NCBI GenBank assembly: GCA_963718565.1
Contig: OY970364.1
Coordinates: 1,856,001-1,920,000 of the forward strand
Reading direction: 5' to 3'
DNA length: 64,000 nucleotides
Origin: an uncultured Verrucomicrobiae bacterium
GTDB taxonomy: Bacteria > Chlamydiota > Chlamydiia > Chlamydiales > Rhabdochlamydiaceae
Shown here: positions 10,690 through 20,054 of the stretch, in pieces
Position numbering within the stretch: the stretch's first letter is position 1
How the letters are laid out: each line of letters starts with the position of its first letter
Translations under genes and position numbers: made by a program
The notes under the pieces: generated by a model
What the model saw: only the letters and a program-made list of their open reading frames with translations
Told to the model about the DNA's origin: nothing
The model's database searches: none

Positions 10690-11267
10690 AAGAGCCTTGC
10701 CAAATTCCCAAATCTTGGCTTCAGAGAGATGATTGGCTCAACCGGCTTGAAGAACATATGGGGAAAAAGTACCGAAAAAAGAAGGGGCTTAACCAACTGC
10801 TGAATAGCTTAAGGGTTGAAGACAAACAGCTGCGACAGCAATGCATTGAAGCGGGATTGGTTGGTTTTATCAGCTTGGAAGCATGTTGGTAAGGCAGAGG
10901 TGCATGAACTATATGACCAACTGGTTGTAATGAAAAGCACAAGCCCAGGGATTAATGAAGTCATTGCTTCATTTTCCAAATACCGCGAAGAAATGCTAAA
11001 AGCGCTTGATCATCCCGGCCTTCCCCTGCACAATAATGACAGTGAGCAAGATATCCGAGGTGTGGCAAACGAAGAAATATCTCTGGCACTACCAAAAGCG
11101 TAGAGGGCAGACAATTTCGAGACGGCCTATTGACGCTCAAGCAGACATGCGCCAGACTTGGCGTGAGCTTTTGGGAGTATTTGAGTCGGTGGTTTCGAGG
11201 GGATCCGATCGATTTAGCACAATTTGCTCATGAGCGTTATCAAACAGCCTCTCCGGCCACACCTTGA
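10690..11267 (+). pseudogene. Degenerate IS66-like transposase fragment
   Basis: LDHPGLPLHNNDSEQDIRG, then after a frameshift KRRNISGTTKSVEGRQFRDGLLTLKQTCARLGVSFWEYL. Confidence 0.7.
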
Positions 11268-11285
11268 CTGGTAGCACGTACATTA

Positions 11286-11411
11286 ACTTCCTTGAAGACT
11301 CTGGCAAAAGTTGAAGACCATTTCGATCCGTGCCCAATCAAGATCGATAAGTGGTAAGTTTGGCATGGATCAAAATGGTCTTCAACTTTTGCCATGAGTT
11401 TTTAAGGACGT
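11286..11411. repeat. About 125-bp palindromic element
   Basis: Left arm ACTCTGGCAAAAGTTGAAGACCATTTCGATCCGTGCC pairs with right arm GGCATGGATCAAAATGGTCTTCAACTTTTGCCATGAGT. Confidence 0.85.
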
Positions 11412-11427
11412 ACCTGTTGACTGGGTT

Positions 11428-12150
11428 TCATAATCTATTGATTAAGCGCAGTGCTATCAACTTGAGCATAGTAAGCCCCAAACTCCATAACACACGAGGC
11501 CGCATCACCCCTGAACTGGCATCCGGGGTAGGCGTTAGCTCAACGGGCACTTCATAAAAACGATCGTGTCTTAAGAGCAAACGACTCAAGGTCTCCATGT
11601 GATACCCATAACCTGTATTTTTTATGTTGAGCTTTCTCGTTTCATCCACAGGAAAAACAAACAAACTATGCGCGTCGCGGATTCTCTTCCCCACGAGAAG
11701 GCACACATATGCCGTTGCAATTTTCGAAAGGATAAACCGTAATTTGGTCCTTTGTTTCATCGCACCTCGAAAGGAAATCACTAATGGAGTTTTTCCAACC
11801 GCTGCAAATAACCCTCTTATGCCATCACCTGTGTAGGCATTATCCCCGGGGATAAGACAAATATAAGAAAATTGAGCGCGTTCTAAAAAAAGACGAAATG
11901 CAGACCCTACGCCCTGATTAATCTCCATGCGTATTACATGAATTTCTGATCCCAATCGATGGCCAGCATCTAAAGCGGATGCATAGGTGTTATCGCTTGA
12001 TCCATCATCAATGACGAAGATCTCAAATCGATCTAAGGTTTCCTGCGCAATCTTATAGACTGAAAATAAAGTGTTTTGGACCTTTCCTGCTTCATTAAAG
12101 GCGGGTATTCCAATGGAAAGACATTTTCCAGTTTCTTTTGGTGCTGTCAT
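11428..12150 (-). CDS. GT2 glycosyltransferase (polyprenol-phosphate/DPM1-like)
   Basis: IPAFNE, VIDDGSSDNT, NQGVG. Confidence 0.85.
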   Translation of the reverse strand: MTAPKETGKCLSIGIPAFNEAGKVQNTLFSVYKIAQETLDRFEIFVIDDGSSDNTYASALDAGHRLGSEIHVIRMEINQGVGSAFRLFLERAQFSYICLIPGDNAYTGDGIRGLFAAVGKTPLVISFRGAMKQRTKLRFILSKIATAYVCLLVGKRIRDAHSLFVFPVDETRKLNIKNTGYGYHMETLSRLLLRHDRFYEVPVELTPTPDASSGVMRPRVLWSLGLTMLKLIALRLINRL

Positions 12151-12671
12151 TTTACCTTCTCCGTCATAATATTGCGGGTTTCGCAGGAAGCATAGATGGC
12201 TTTAGTGTCGATGTTAAAGAATTTTCTCAAAGCGATAAAGATCATCGCGGTTCTTTCTCCTTTTCGTGTCATGAAGTAACGATTTTTTTCAACAGAAACT
12301 CTTTCCATTTTTTCCAATAGAGACATCCTTGCTGCGAAAGTAGGAAAGGTCACTAAGACACAGAGCTCATCTATTGAAATTGTTCCTCCGTGCAATTGCG
12401 CTTCACACAGCATTCTCAAAGTTAACGATTTGTAAATCGTGCCGAATACGAACAGGTAAGAGGAAGTGCAAAATGCCAAGATTGAGAATGCTATCCAAAG
12501 TTCAAATTCGATCATCGCGCTTGCGGTGCGTAGCAAGATCAAACTGAATAGAGCAGAAGCAGCATGGATCAACACAGGGGCTATTTTTTTCAAACATTTC
12601 ATCGCAATGATCACACTTAAGAAATGCAAAAAAGAAAATCCTATTCCCCAGAAGAAGGGCTGACTCATCAT
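12147..12671 (-). CDS. Membrane protein with a possible C-terminal winged-helix-like domain
   Basis: Three hydrophobic segments, then SLTLRML...RMSLLEKMERV...YFMTRKG. Confidence 0.6.
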   Translation of the reverse strand: MMSQPFFWGIGFSFLHFLSVIIAMKCLKKIAPVLIHAASALFSLILLRTASAMIEFELWIAFSILAFCTSSYLFVFGTIYKSLTLRMLCEAQLHGGTISIDELCVLVTFPTFAARMSLLEKMERVSVEKNRYFMTRKGERTAMIFIALRKFFNIDTKAIYASCETRNIMTEKVK

Positions 12672-13165
12672 TTTACTCCAAATATGTTCCTAAAAAACCT
12701 AGCGATGATCGCTAAATACAGGCCCATTCGAGAAATCACTAATCGATCGTCATTTATCGCAGCTAAACGGAATTTCATCAAGACATCGACGCGGTCCCGT
12801 GTCAAATGTGTTGTCCCATGTGGGCCTGCGTGTAGCTTTTGCCACTGGCCTGCATCGACAGAATCATTGTGTTCATACAAAGAAATCAACATGCATAGAG
12901 TATAGCCCCAACACAAAACAGACCAGACCATAAACCCAAAAATCAAGCACGAAATTATCCATAATAATCCTGCTACCCAGTCCCAAACAGAGATCATGTC
13001 AAAAAAAATGCCTTTGGCGGTACACCATGCTCCCAGAATGAGCAAGGATGCGCATTTGAATCTCAGTCCGGGCTGGATGATCTTAAACGGAGTCTTGGCC
13101 AAAATCCAAAGGAAGAAGGGCAAGCTGGCAACCAGTAGAATAGATAAACAAATACTGAATTTCAT
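12668..13165 (-). CDS. Membrane protein, probable paralog of 12147-12671
   Basis: Same layout: TM segments, then YTLCML...RVDVLMKFRLA...LVISRMG. Confidence 0.6.
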   Translation of the reverse strand: MKFSICLSILLVASLPFFLWILAKTPFKIIQPGLRFKCASLLILGAWCTAKGIFFDMISVWDWVAGLLWIISCLIFGFMVWSVLCWGYTLCMLISLYEHNDSVDAGQWQKLHAGPHGTTHLTRDRVDVLMKFRLAAINDDRLVISRMGLYLAIIARFFRNIFGVK

Positions 13166-14160
13166 GGAGCAAGGCTTTCCTTATTGAGAGAGGTTAATAT
13201 TTCATGATTTTTGCGATATCCAAGGATCCAACATATTCCGCCCAATAATGCGATAGCGAGTACCGACATGCCGATTGTCAGTGAAATAATTACAGACGTC
13301 GCCGCTTGGATGCCAAACAGACCGAAGGCCATGGTCAACGATGCTTCTCGTACGCCCCAGCCTGCAATAGAAAATGGCATATAGCTGACAAAGAGGGCTG
13401 GAGGAACTGCGAGGATACAGGTCAGAATGGTGAGCTTCTCAGGGCATAAAATATGCCCGATGGTGTAAGCTTGAATGACAACTAAGCCGTGATTGAGAAG
13501 ACTCGAGCCAACTAGAAGAAACGATTGCATCCCATTATGCCTGCTGAGGGAATCGCGCGCTTGAGCAACCCAACGCAATAAACCAGTTGACCAGGAAGGA
13601 AAATGGGATGTCGATTTCACTAGGAATTGTGTGATCCCTAAACGGGTCCGCATGACCAAAAGCCAAAGAACGGTCCCTGCAAAGACGATAGGAAGGGCCA
13701 GCGAGATCATCGGCGTATTCGGTTCTTGCTTGAGGATAAAGCAATGCCAAAGACTACCTATGCAAGCAATCGTAAGCCCTATAAGTCCATAAATCCGATC
13801 AAAAAAAATGACTTTCATCGCTGAATTCGAAACCACCCCACGCTTGACAATCCACCATACTCTAAAAGCATCTCCTCCGATAGAAGCGGGTAGCCCTTGG
13901 GAAAAAAAGAAACTGATGAGAATTCCTACTGCAGCATCGGTAAATGGCACCTTTACTTTGGCGGCAAGAATCATTAAATAACTCCACCGATAGGCGAGGA
14001 TCAACACTTGCAGCATTACTGTAAAAAGGAGAAATAAAAAGACTTTCGGCTTTAGCAAAGAAAATGCCTGTTGGTATTCAGCCACAGAAACTTGCCTTAG
14101 GGCGAAGTAAAGCACCGTTACCGTGATCGCCAATTTGACAAAGAAAAGCAATGCTTTCAT
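13162..14160 (-). CDS. Lysylphosphatidylglycerol-synthase TM domain / flippase-like protein (UPF0104)
   Basis: AYRW, LPASIGGDAFR, FFDRIYG, PFSIAGWGVRE. Confidence 0.85.
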   Translation of the reverse strand: MKALLFFVKLAITVTVLYFALRQVSVAEYQQAFSLLKPKVFLFLLFTVMLQVLILAYRWSYLMILAAKVKVPFTDAAVGILISFFFSQGLPASIGGDAFRVWWIVKRGVVSNSAMKVIFFDRIYGLIGLTIACIGSLWHCFILKQEPNTPMISLALPIVFAGTVLWLLVMRTRLGITQFLVKSTSHFPSWSTGLLRWVAQARDSLSRHNGMQSFLLVGSSLLNHGLVVIQAYTIGHILCPEKLTILTCILAVPPALFVSYMPFSIAGWGVREASLTMAFGLFGIQAATSVIISLTIGMSVLAIALLGGICWILGYRKNHEILTSLNKESLAP

Positions 14161-14360
14161 TTTACACTCAATTGGAAAAACTGAGTCCTCGAGTGGTACC
14201 CAGTTTATACAATTTAATCATGCTTTGAAAACATAAATCTCGACTTTGCAACTTTTTAGGCCCGAAGGCACGGATCCTTAAACTCATGCATTTTTGATTT
14301 TTTTGATGAGTTTTTTCGAAAATTTTGACATACTCCCATGCTAATAAAAAGTAGATTAAG

Positions 14361-15032
14361 ATGGCCTGTATAGACTTTATGTCCGCTTTGCATACAAGCA
14401 CAAAGCGAGACTATTTGGCACGCGTTAATGATCCGGATTATCCCAAGGCAAAAGCAGCCGAGTTAGCAAAACAGTGGAGCTATGACTATTGGGACGGAGA
14501 TCGGCGCATTTGCTATGGGGGGTATAAGTATATAGAAGGGAGATGGGAGAAAGTAGCTAGAGCCCTGGCGGATCATTATCATCTCAAAAGCGGAGATAAG
14601 ATTCTCGATGTGGGCTGTGGCAAGGGTTTTCTGCTCTACGACTTTATTAAGATCGTCCCTGGATTAGAGGTCTATGGAGTTGATATTTCTGATTACGCCA
14701 TTGCAAGCGCTAAAGAAGAAATAAAAGACCGGCTGAAAGTCGGTAATGCCATTGCATTGCCTTATCCTGACAATGATTTTGACCTTGTCGTTTCCATCAC
14801 GACTTTGCATAACCTGCATAACTATGATCTTGAAAAAGCCTTAAGAGAAATTGAGCGTGTAGGGAAAAAAAACAAATACGTCTGTGTCGAGTCTTATCGC
14901 AATGAACGTGAAAAGGCAAATCTCTTATATTGGCAAGTGACCTGCGAGGCGTTTTGCACCCCGGATGAATGGAACTGGTGGTTCAAACACACAGGATATA
15001 CTGGAGACTATTCGTTCATTTATTTTGAATAA
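14361..15032 (+). CDS. Class I SAM-dependent methyltransferase
   Basis: ILDVGCGKG, GVDISDYA, LPYPDNDFDLV. Confidence 0.88.
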   Translation: MACIDFMSALHTSTKRDYLARVNDPDYPKAKAAELAKQWSYDYWDGDRRICYGGYKYIEGRWEKVARALADHYHLKSGDKILDVGCGKGFLLYDFIKIVPGLEVYGVDISDYAIASAKEEIKDRLKVGNAIALPYPDNDFDLVVSITTLHNLHNYDLEKALREIERVGKKNKYVCVESYRNEREKANLLYWQVTCEAFCTPDEWNWWFKHTGYTGDYSFIYFE

Positions 15033-15037
15033 TCTGT

Positions 15038-16090
15038 ATGAAGATTCCTAAAAAAACTCAAGCCGCTATCCTAGTAAATCTCAGATCGCCTCTAGTTGTC
15101 GATGAAGTTGGTATGCCCAAGTCTTTAGGAGTTGGACATGTGCTTGTCAAGGTGCATTTTAGCGGGATTTGCGGGTCTCAGCTTGGTGAAATCGATGGAG
15201 TAAAAGGAGACGATCCCTTTCTCCCGCATTTATTGGGCCACGAGGCGTCGGGGGAAGTGGTGGCCATTGGCCCAGGTGTTTCCCATGTTCAAGCCGGCGA
15301 CACCGTGGTGATGCATTGGAGAAAAGGATTGGGGATTGAAGCGAAGCCGCCTGTCTATAGTTGGCAAGGAAAAAAATTGAACGCCGGTTGTATTACGACG
15401 TTCAATGAATATGCAATTGTCTCAGAAAATCGATTGACGCCTATTCCCAAGGGAGCTGATCTGCAAGTTGCCGCTTTATTTGGTTGCGCTGTGACGACAG
15501 GGTTTGGCGTGATCGTCAATAATGCCAAACTGAAGATTGGCGAGTCGATCGTTGTTTTTGGCGCTGGGGGCGTTGGATTAAATATTGTCCAAGCAGCAGC
15601 ATTAGTTTCTGCATACCCGATCATTGCGGTTGACCGCTTTGCATCGCGTCTTAATCTTGCACAAAGAGTTGGGGCTACTCATCTGATTAACACATGCGAG
15701 CAGGAAGCGGGTGAGCTCATTTGCCGGTTTACTGAGGGACGCGGAGTCGATTGCTTTGTCGATAATACAGGAAATCCCAAAATCATTAGCCTCGGATATC
15801 AGTTGGTAAAGTCTCAAGGCCGGGTCGTCTTGGTCGGCGTTCCCGCTAAAGGAAATGACATTTCATTGTATTCTTTGCCTTTGCATTTTGGAAAAGAGAT
15901 CACAGGTTCCCACGGAGGTGAAACTGAGCCTCATCTGGACATCCCTCGTTATCATGCGCTCTTCCACGCCGGACGCATCAAGTTAAAGGAATTTGTGACT
16001 GATATATTTACATTGAAAGAAATTAATCAAGCGATAGAATCAATGCGCGATGGAACTGCAGCAGGGCGCTGCCTAGTTACAATGGAATAA
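15038..16090 (+). CDS. Zinc-binding alcohol dehydrogenase (MDR family)
   Basis: GICGS, LGHEASG, GCAVTTG, GAGGVG. Confidence 0.88.
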   Translation: MKIPKKTQAAILVNLRSPLVVDEVGMPKSLGVGHVLVKVHFSGICGSQLGEIDGVKGDDPFLPHLLGHEASGEVVAIGPGVSHVQAGDTVVMHWRKGLGIEAKPPVYSWQGKKLNAGCITTFNEYAIVSENRLTPIPKGADLQVAALFGCAVTTGFGVIVNNAKLKIGESIVVFGAGGVGLNIVQAAALVSAYPIIAVDRFASRLNLAQRVGATHLINTCEQEAGELICRFTEGRGVDCFVDNTGNPKIISLGYQLVKSQGRVVLVGVPAKGNDISLYSLPLHFGKEITGSHGGETEPHLDIPRYHALFHAGRIKLKEFVTDIFTLKEINQAIESMRDGTAAGRCLVTME

Positions 16091-16849
16091 ATGAATATGC
16101 AAGGGATCAAGAAAAAAGTTTTTGGCGATTTGGGATATTCAGCTGACATGAGGCTTGAAGCCTTCGAGTTGGAAGTTTTTCGGCAACTCGTTCGAGATCA
16201 TTGGCTGAAAGTCATCGATGGGGTGCATCCTGAGTTAACTAAGGAAGCACAAACGATTGGAATAGACAAGTATCATCAAATCTCGGACCGGATGAATCAT
16301 AGTCGCCTATGGACAAAGACCCATCGGATCTTACCTCAAAGTTCAGTAGACAAAATCAAGTCCTTGCCTTTTATTGCAAAGCTTCAAGAAGAGTTTGGGC
16401 CATTTTCAATCTCAGACATTTATGATACCAAGCAACATTTTGGCCAGCAGGAGATTTACTGGCGTTTGGTCAGACCTAATCAGCCGGGCGACGTGGGTTC
16501 TTTACACCGCGATAGTTGGTTTCATGATTCCTTTAATGAGGGATATGGGATGTTTCCAGAAGGAACTGTCACTATAAAAGTATGGATACCGATCTATTGC
16601 GAGCCCGGTAAAAGTGGATTGGCTATTGTAGCGGGATCGCATTTGCGGCAATGGAACTATCATCTTGAGATGCACAATGGCTCTGCAAAACCCATCCTCG
16701 ATGAAGATCTTTCAACGGTCGATGCCAAACTGATTCCTACAGAAGCTGGAAACATGCTCATCTTCAATGAAGATGTGCTCCATGGCGGCGTGGTCAACCA
16801 TGGAGAAAAGACACGAGTCAGCGCTGAGATCACGATGGTTCTCTCTTGA
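16091..16849 (+). CDS. PhyH-like 2OG-Fe(II) dioxygenase
   Basis: LHRD (HxD), VWIP, GSH, VLHGG..N....TRVS. Confidence 0.72.
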   Translation: MNMQGIKKKVFGDLGYSADMRLEAFELEVFRQLVRDHWLKVIDGVHPELTKEAQTIGIDKYHQISDRMNHSRLWTKTHRILPQSSVDKIKSLPFIAKLQEEFGPFSISDIYDTKQHFGQQEIYWRLVRPNQPGDVGSLHRDSWFHDSFNEGYGMFPEGTVTIKVWIPIYCEPGKSGLAIVAGSHLRQWNYHLEMHNGSAKPILDEDLSTVDAKLIPTEAGNMLIFNEDVLHGGVVNHGEKTRVSAEITMVLS

Positions 16850-16871
16850 ATATTGAATCTAAAGGTTAACG

Positions 16872-17612
16872 ATGAATCATTCTATTGTGATCGGCGGGAC
16901 TAAAGGACTTGGCAGAGTCGTAGCAAGGAAACTTGCTGGGCGAGGCGACAAAGTATCCATTTTAGGACGCAATCCCTCTCCGCCTTCGGATTTAGAATTG
17001 GGAAATGTCACATCCTTCACTGCAGATATCTCTAAAAAGGAAATCCTTTTGCAGGCATTGGAGGGCATTATCGAAGCTCAAGGAGAAATTAACTATTGTG
17101 TATTTCTTCAACGGTACCGCGGTCAAAGTGATGATTGGGAAGGAGAATTCCAGACCACCTTGACGGCGACTCGCAATGCCGTCGATTTTTTAGTGCCGCA
17201 CTTTTCAGGTGATGGAGACAAAGGGATTGTGATGGTCAGCTCCATCTTTTCAAAGTTTGTCGGCGATAGTCAGCCCGCAAGTTATCATGTGATGAAAGCG
17301 GGATTGGATCAGCTGATGCGGTATTATGCTGTTCTTCTTGGAAAGAAGAGCATTCGTTCCAATGGCATTACACCATTTACTTTTTTAAAAGAAGAATCTC
17401 GATCTTTTTATTTACAAAATAAACCGTTGATAGAGCTTTATCAAGACATTATCCCTTTACAAAGAATGGGAACAACGGAAGATTCAGCAGATGCGATCGA
17501 ATTCTTGTGCAGCCCTCGAGCAAGTTTTCTTACAGGGCAGAATATTGTTGTAGACGGGGGACTGTCTTTGATCTGGCCTGAAGCATTAGCGCGAAGTTTA
17601 AAAAACTTATAG
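16872..17612 (+). CDS. SDR-family oxidoreductase
   Basis: GGTKGLG, YHVMK (YxxxK), FLTGQNIVVDGG. Confidence 0.88.
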   Translation: MNHSIVIGGTKGLGRVVARKLAGRGDKVSILGRNPSPPSDLELGNVTSFTADISKKEILLQALEGIIEAQGEINYCVFLQRYRGQSDDWEGEFQTTLTATRNAVDFLVPHFSGDGDKGIVMVSSIFSKFVGDSQPASYHVMKAGLDQLMRYYAVLLGKKSIRSNGITPFTFLKEESRSFYLQNKPLIELYQDIIPLQRMGTTEDSADAIEFLCSPRASFLTGQNIVVDGGLSLIWPEALARSLKNL

Positions 17613-17620
17613 GATTTTAG

Positions 17621-18904
17621 ATGAAGGTCGAGCTCGTCAAAAAGAGAACCTCCTGTCGATTATGTGATTGTAAAAGACTACAGTTGGTCCTACCCATGAA
17701 GCCATCCCCCATTGGAGATGCGTTTGTCCCCTTTGAAGAAAAAGATAAATTCCAAAATCTCATCCCCTTAGACCTCTATCAGTGTCAAGAATGCGGACAT
17801 GCGCAGAACGTGGATATTGTTAATCCCGAAGAGCTCTTTAGAGATTATCTTTTCACTACCGCGAGTTCCTCAGGATTAGTCAAGCATTTTCAAATCTTTG
17901 CGAGGAATGTTCTTGATCAGTTGGCCATTCCTAAAAATTCTTTAGTTGTAGAAATAGGCAGCAATGACGGGACGTTGTTGCGATTTTTTAAAAACCTTGG
18001 GATGAATGTCGTTGGGGTTGATCCGGCCCGAGAAATTGCGCGTCAAGCAAGTAGTGCTGGCATCCCAACATTGTGCGCATTTTTTTCCTCCGTGGTGGCA
18101 AACGAGGTGCGCAAAGAACATGGCACGGCTCAATTGATCGTGGCCAATAATGTTTATGCGCATATTGACGAGCTTGCTGATATTACAGAGGGCATTGCCT
18201 CATTGTTGGACAACGATGGGGTCTTTGTTTTTGAAGTCTCTTATTTGCTCGATATCATCGATCATTTTGTTTTCGATACGATTTATCACGAGCATCTTTC
18301 CTATCACTCCATAGAGCCTCTTGTGAGATTTTTTCATAGGCATCATTTGGAATTGATCGATGTACAGAAAGTTTCGACAAAAGGCGGTTCTATGCGCTGC
18401 TTTGTTCAAAAATTCAACGGGCCTCGTAACAAATCAGCAACCGTGGATCAATGGATCCATGAAGAAGAGAGCCGTGGTTTGCATCGGCCAGAAATTTTTC
18501 AGCATTATGCCATGCAGATCCAACAACGAAAAGAAGCTTTGGACCATTTTTTAACTGAGGCGCACGATCAGGGAAAGCATGTCGCAGGTTATGGAGCCTC
18601 GACAACTGCGACCACATTGATGTATCAATTTAACTTGGAGAAAAGGTTGGGCTATTTGATCGATGACAACCCTAAAAAACAGGGGATGTTCAGCCCTGGA
18701 TGTCATCTTGAGGTAAAGCCTAGTTCCGTTCTTTACTCCGATCGCCCGGATATTGTCGTCATTTTAGCATGGCAGTACGCGGATCCGATTTTGCAAAAGC
18801 ATGTGCGATTTGTTGAAGAAAATGGAACATTTGTAGTCCCATTGCCCGTATTAAAGATTTTTTCAAAAGTAGAAGCGATGAATGAATACTGTTGCCCAAG
18901 CTAA
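17621..18904 (+). CDS. NDP-hexose C-methyltransferase-like protein
   Basis: CRLC/CQEC zinc pairs, VEIGSNDG, FDTIYHEH, GYGAS, LAWQY. Confidence 0.85.
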   Translation: MKVELVKKRTSCRLCDCKRLQLVLPMKPSPIGDAFVPFEEKDKFQNLIPLDLYQCQECGHAQNVDIVNPEELFRDYLFTTASSSGLVKHFQIFARNVLDQLAIPKNSLVVEIGSNDGTLLRFFKNLGMNVVGVDPAREIARQASSAGIPTLCAFFSSVVANEVRKEHGTAQLIVANNVYAHIDELADITEGIASLLDNDGVFVFEVSYLLDIIDHFVFDTIYHEHLSYHSIEPLVRFFHRHHLELIDVQKVSTKGGSMRCFVQKFNGPRNKSATVDQWIHEEESRGLHRPEIFQHYAMQIQQRKEALDHFLTEAHDQGKHVAGYGASTTATTLMYQFNLEKRLGYLIDDNPKKQGMFSPGCHLEVKPSSVLYSDRPDIVVILAWQYADPILQKHVRFVEENGTFVVPLPVLKIFSKVEAMNEYCCPS

Positions 18905-20054
18905 AACGCATCTTGAGTTCTATCGAAAATATCAGATAGCCCCCGTTTGCTATGATCTTAAAGATATGCAAGCGCATTTAGAGAGACGCTCATCATTGTA
19001 TTTAAAACTTGGGGTGCCGCCTATTGCTTTTCGATCGGCAAAAGTCTTAGAAGTCGCAGCGGGATTAGGACAAAATAGCTTGTACATTGCTCATATGCTG
19101 CCAGCTAAATTGGTATTGCTGGAACCAAATCCAAGCGCTATCGAACAGATCTATAATGTTTATAAAATGTTTGGGGAAGCTCATACATCGCCTGAAGTGC
19201 TCACTTCTAAACTTGAAGATTATGCGCCGAAGGAAAATTTCGATATTGTCCTTTGTGAAAATTGGCTTGGGAACTCGGATCATGAACTTTCACTGCTTCA
19301 AAAGCTTGGCAATATGGTCACTGCTCAAGGAGTGCTAGTGATCACAACGATCTCTCCCATTGGGCTTATTCCTAACCTATTGCGCCGTTTTTTGTCAGTT
19401 TACTTAGCACCTCTGCATGATGAATTTGAAAAACGTACCGAGGTGTTAGTGCGAGAATTTGGCCCTCATCTTGATACACTCAATGCAAGGACGAGAAATC
19501 AGATCGATTGGGTACAAGACAACATGATCAATCCTGCGTATTTTGGTATTTGTCTGACTATTCCAAAGGTCATGGAACAGTTGGGCGATCGATTTGAGGC
19601 ATTTGGGTCCTGTCCTAGTTTTGGAGAAGATTGGCGCTGGTTTAAAGCTCTTTATGGACCTCATCGTCAGTTCAACCAACACTTTCTTTCACAATATTGG
19701 AGCAAGGCGCATAACTTTTTAGATTATCGTGAACCTACAGGTGTCGGAGATCCTGCTCTCAATTTTGAATTAGAGCAAAAAGCTGTCCAATTGCTTCAAA
19801 CAATTGCAATGCACGAAGAAGCCCATGTGAATCATCGCAATGTTCCTCATTGTGTCGATCGGGTATTCGTTAGCCTTCAGGAATTTTTGGATGTTGTCCC
19901 TTCTCATTTTCAGGCTGCTATGCGCGGTTTGATCGAGGTCAAAGAAAATATGGAATCTGTTATAAGAAACCGCCAATTGGCGAAAATGGCTCATTTCCCA
20001 GCCTTATTTGGCCGGGAAACAGTTTACCTTTCGCTTTTTCTTGGGAAGAATTAA
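18882..20054 (+). CDS. Class I SAM-dependent methyltransferase
   Basis: VLEVAAGLGQN, LLEPN, FDIVLCE. Confidence 0.7.
   Translation: MNTVAQAKTHLEFYRKYQIAPVCYDLKDMQAHLERRSSLYLKLGVPPIAFRSAKVLEVAAGLGQNSLYIAHMLPAKLVLLEPNPSAIEQIYNVYKMFGEAHTSPEVLTSKLEDYAPKENFDIVLCENWLGNSDHELSLLQKLGNMVTAQGVLVITTISPIGLIPNLLRRFLSVYLAPLHDEFEKRTEVLVREFGPHLDTLNARTRNQIDWVQDNMINPAYFGICLTIPKVMEQLGDRFEAFGSCPSFGEDWRWFKALYGPHRQFNQHFLSQYWSKAHNFLDYREPTGVGDPALNFELEQKAVQLLQTIAMHEEAHVNHRNVPHCVDRVFVSLQEFLDVVPSHFQAAMRGLIEVKENMESVIRNRQLAKMAHFPALFGRETVYLSLFLGKN

Noticed and set aside
14325..14357. TTGACA promoter upstream of the methyltransferase
   Set aside because: No convincing -10 hexamer at 16-18 bp spacing.
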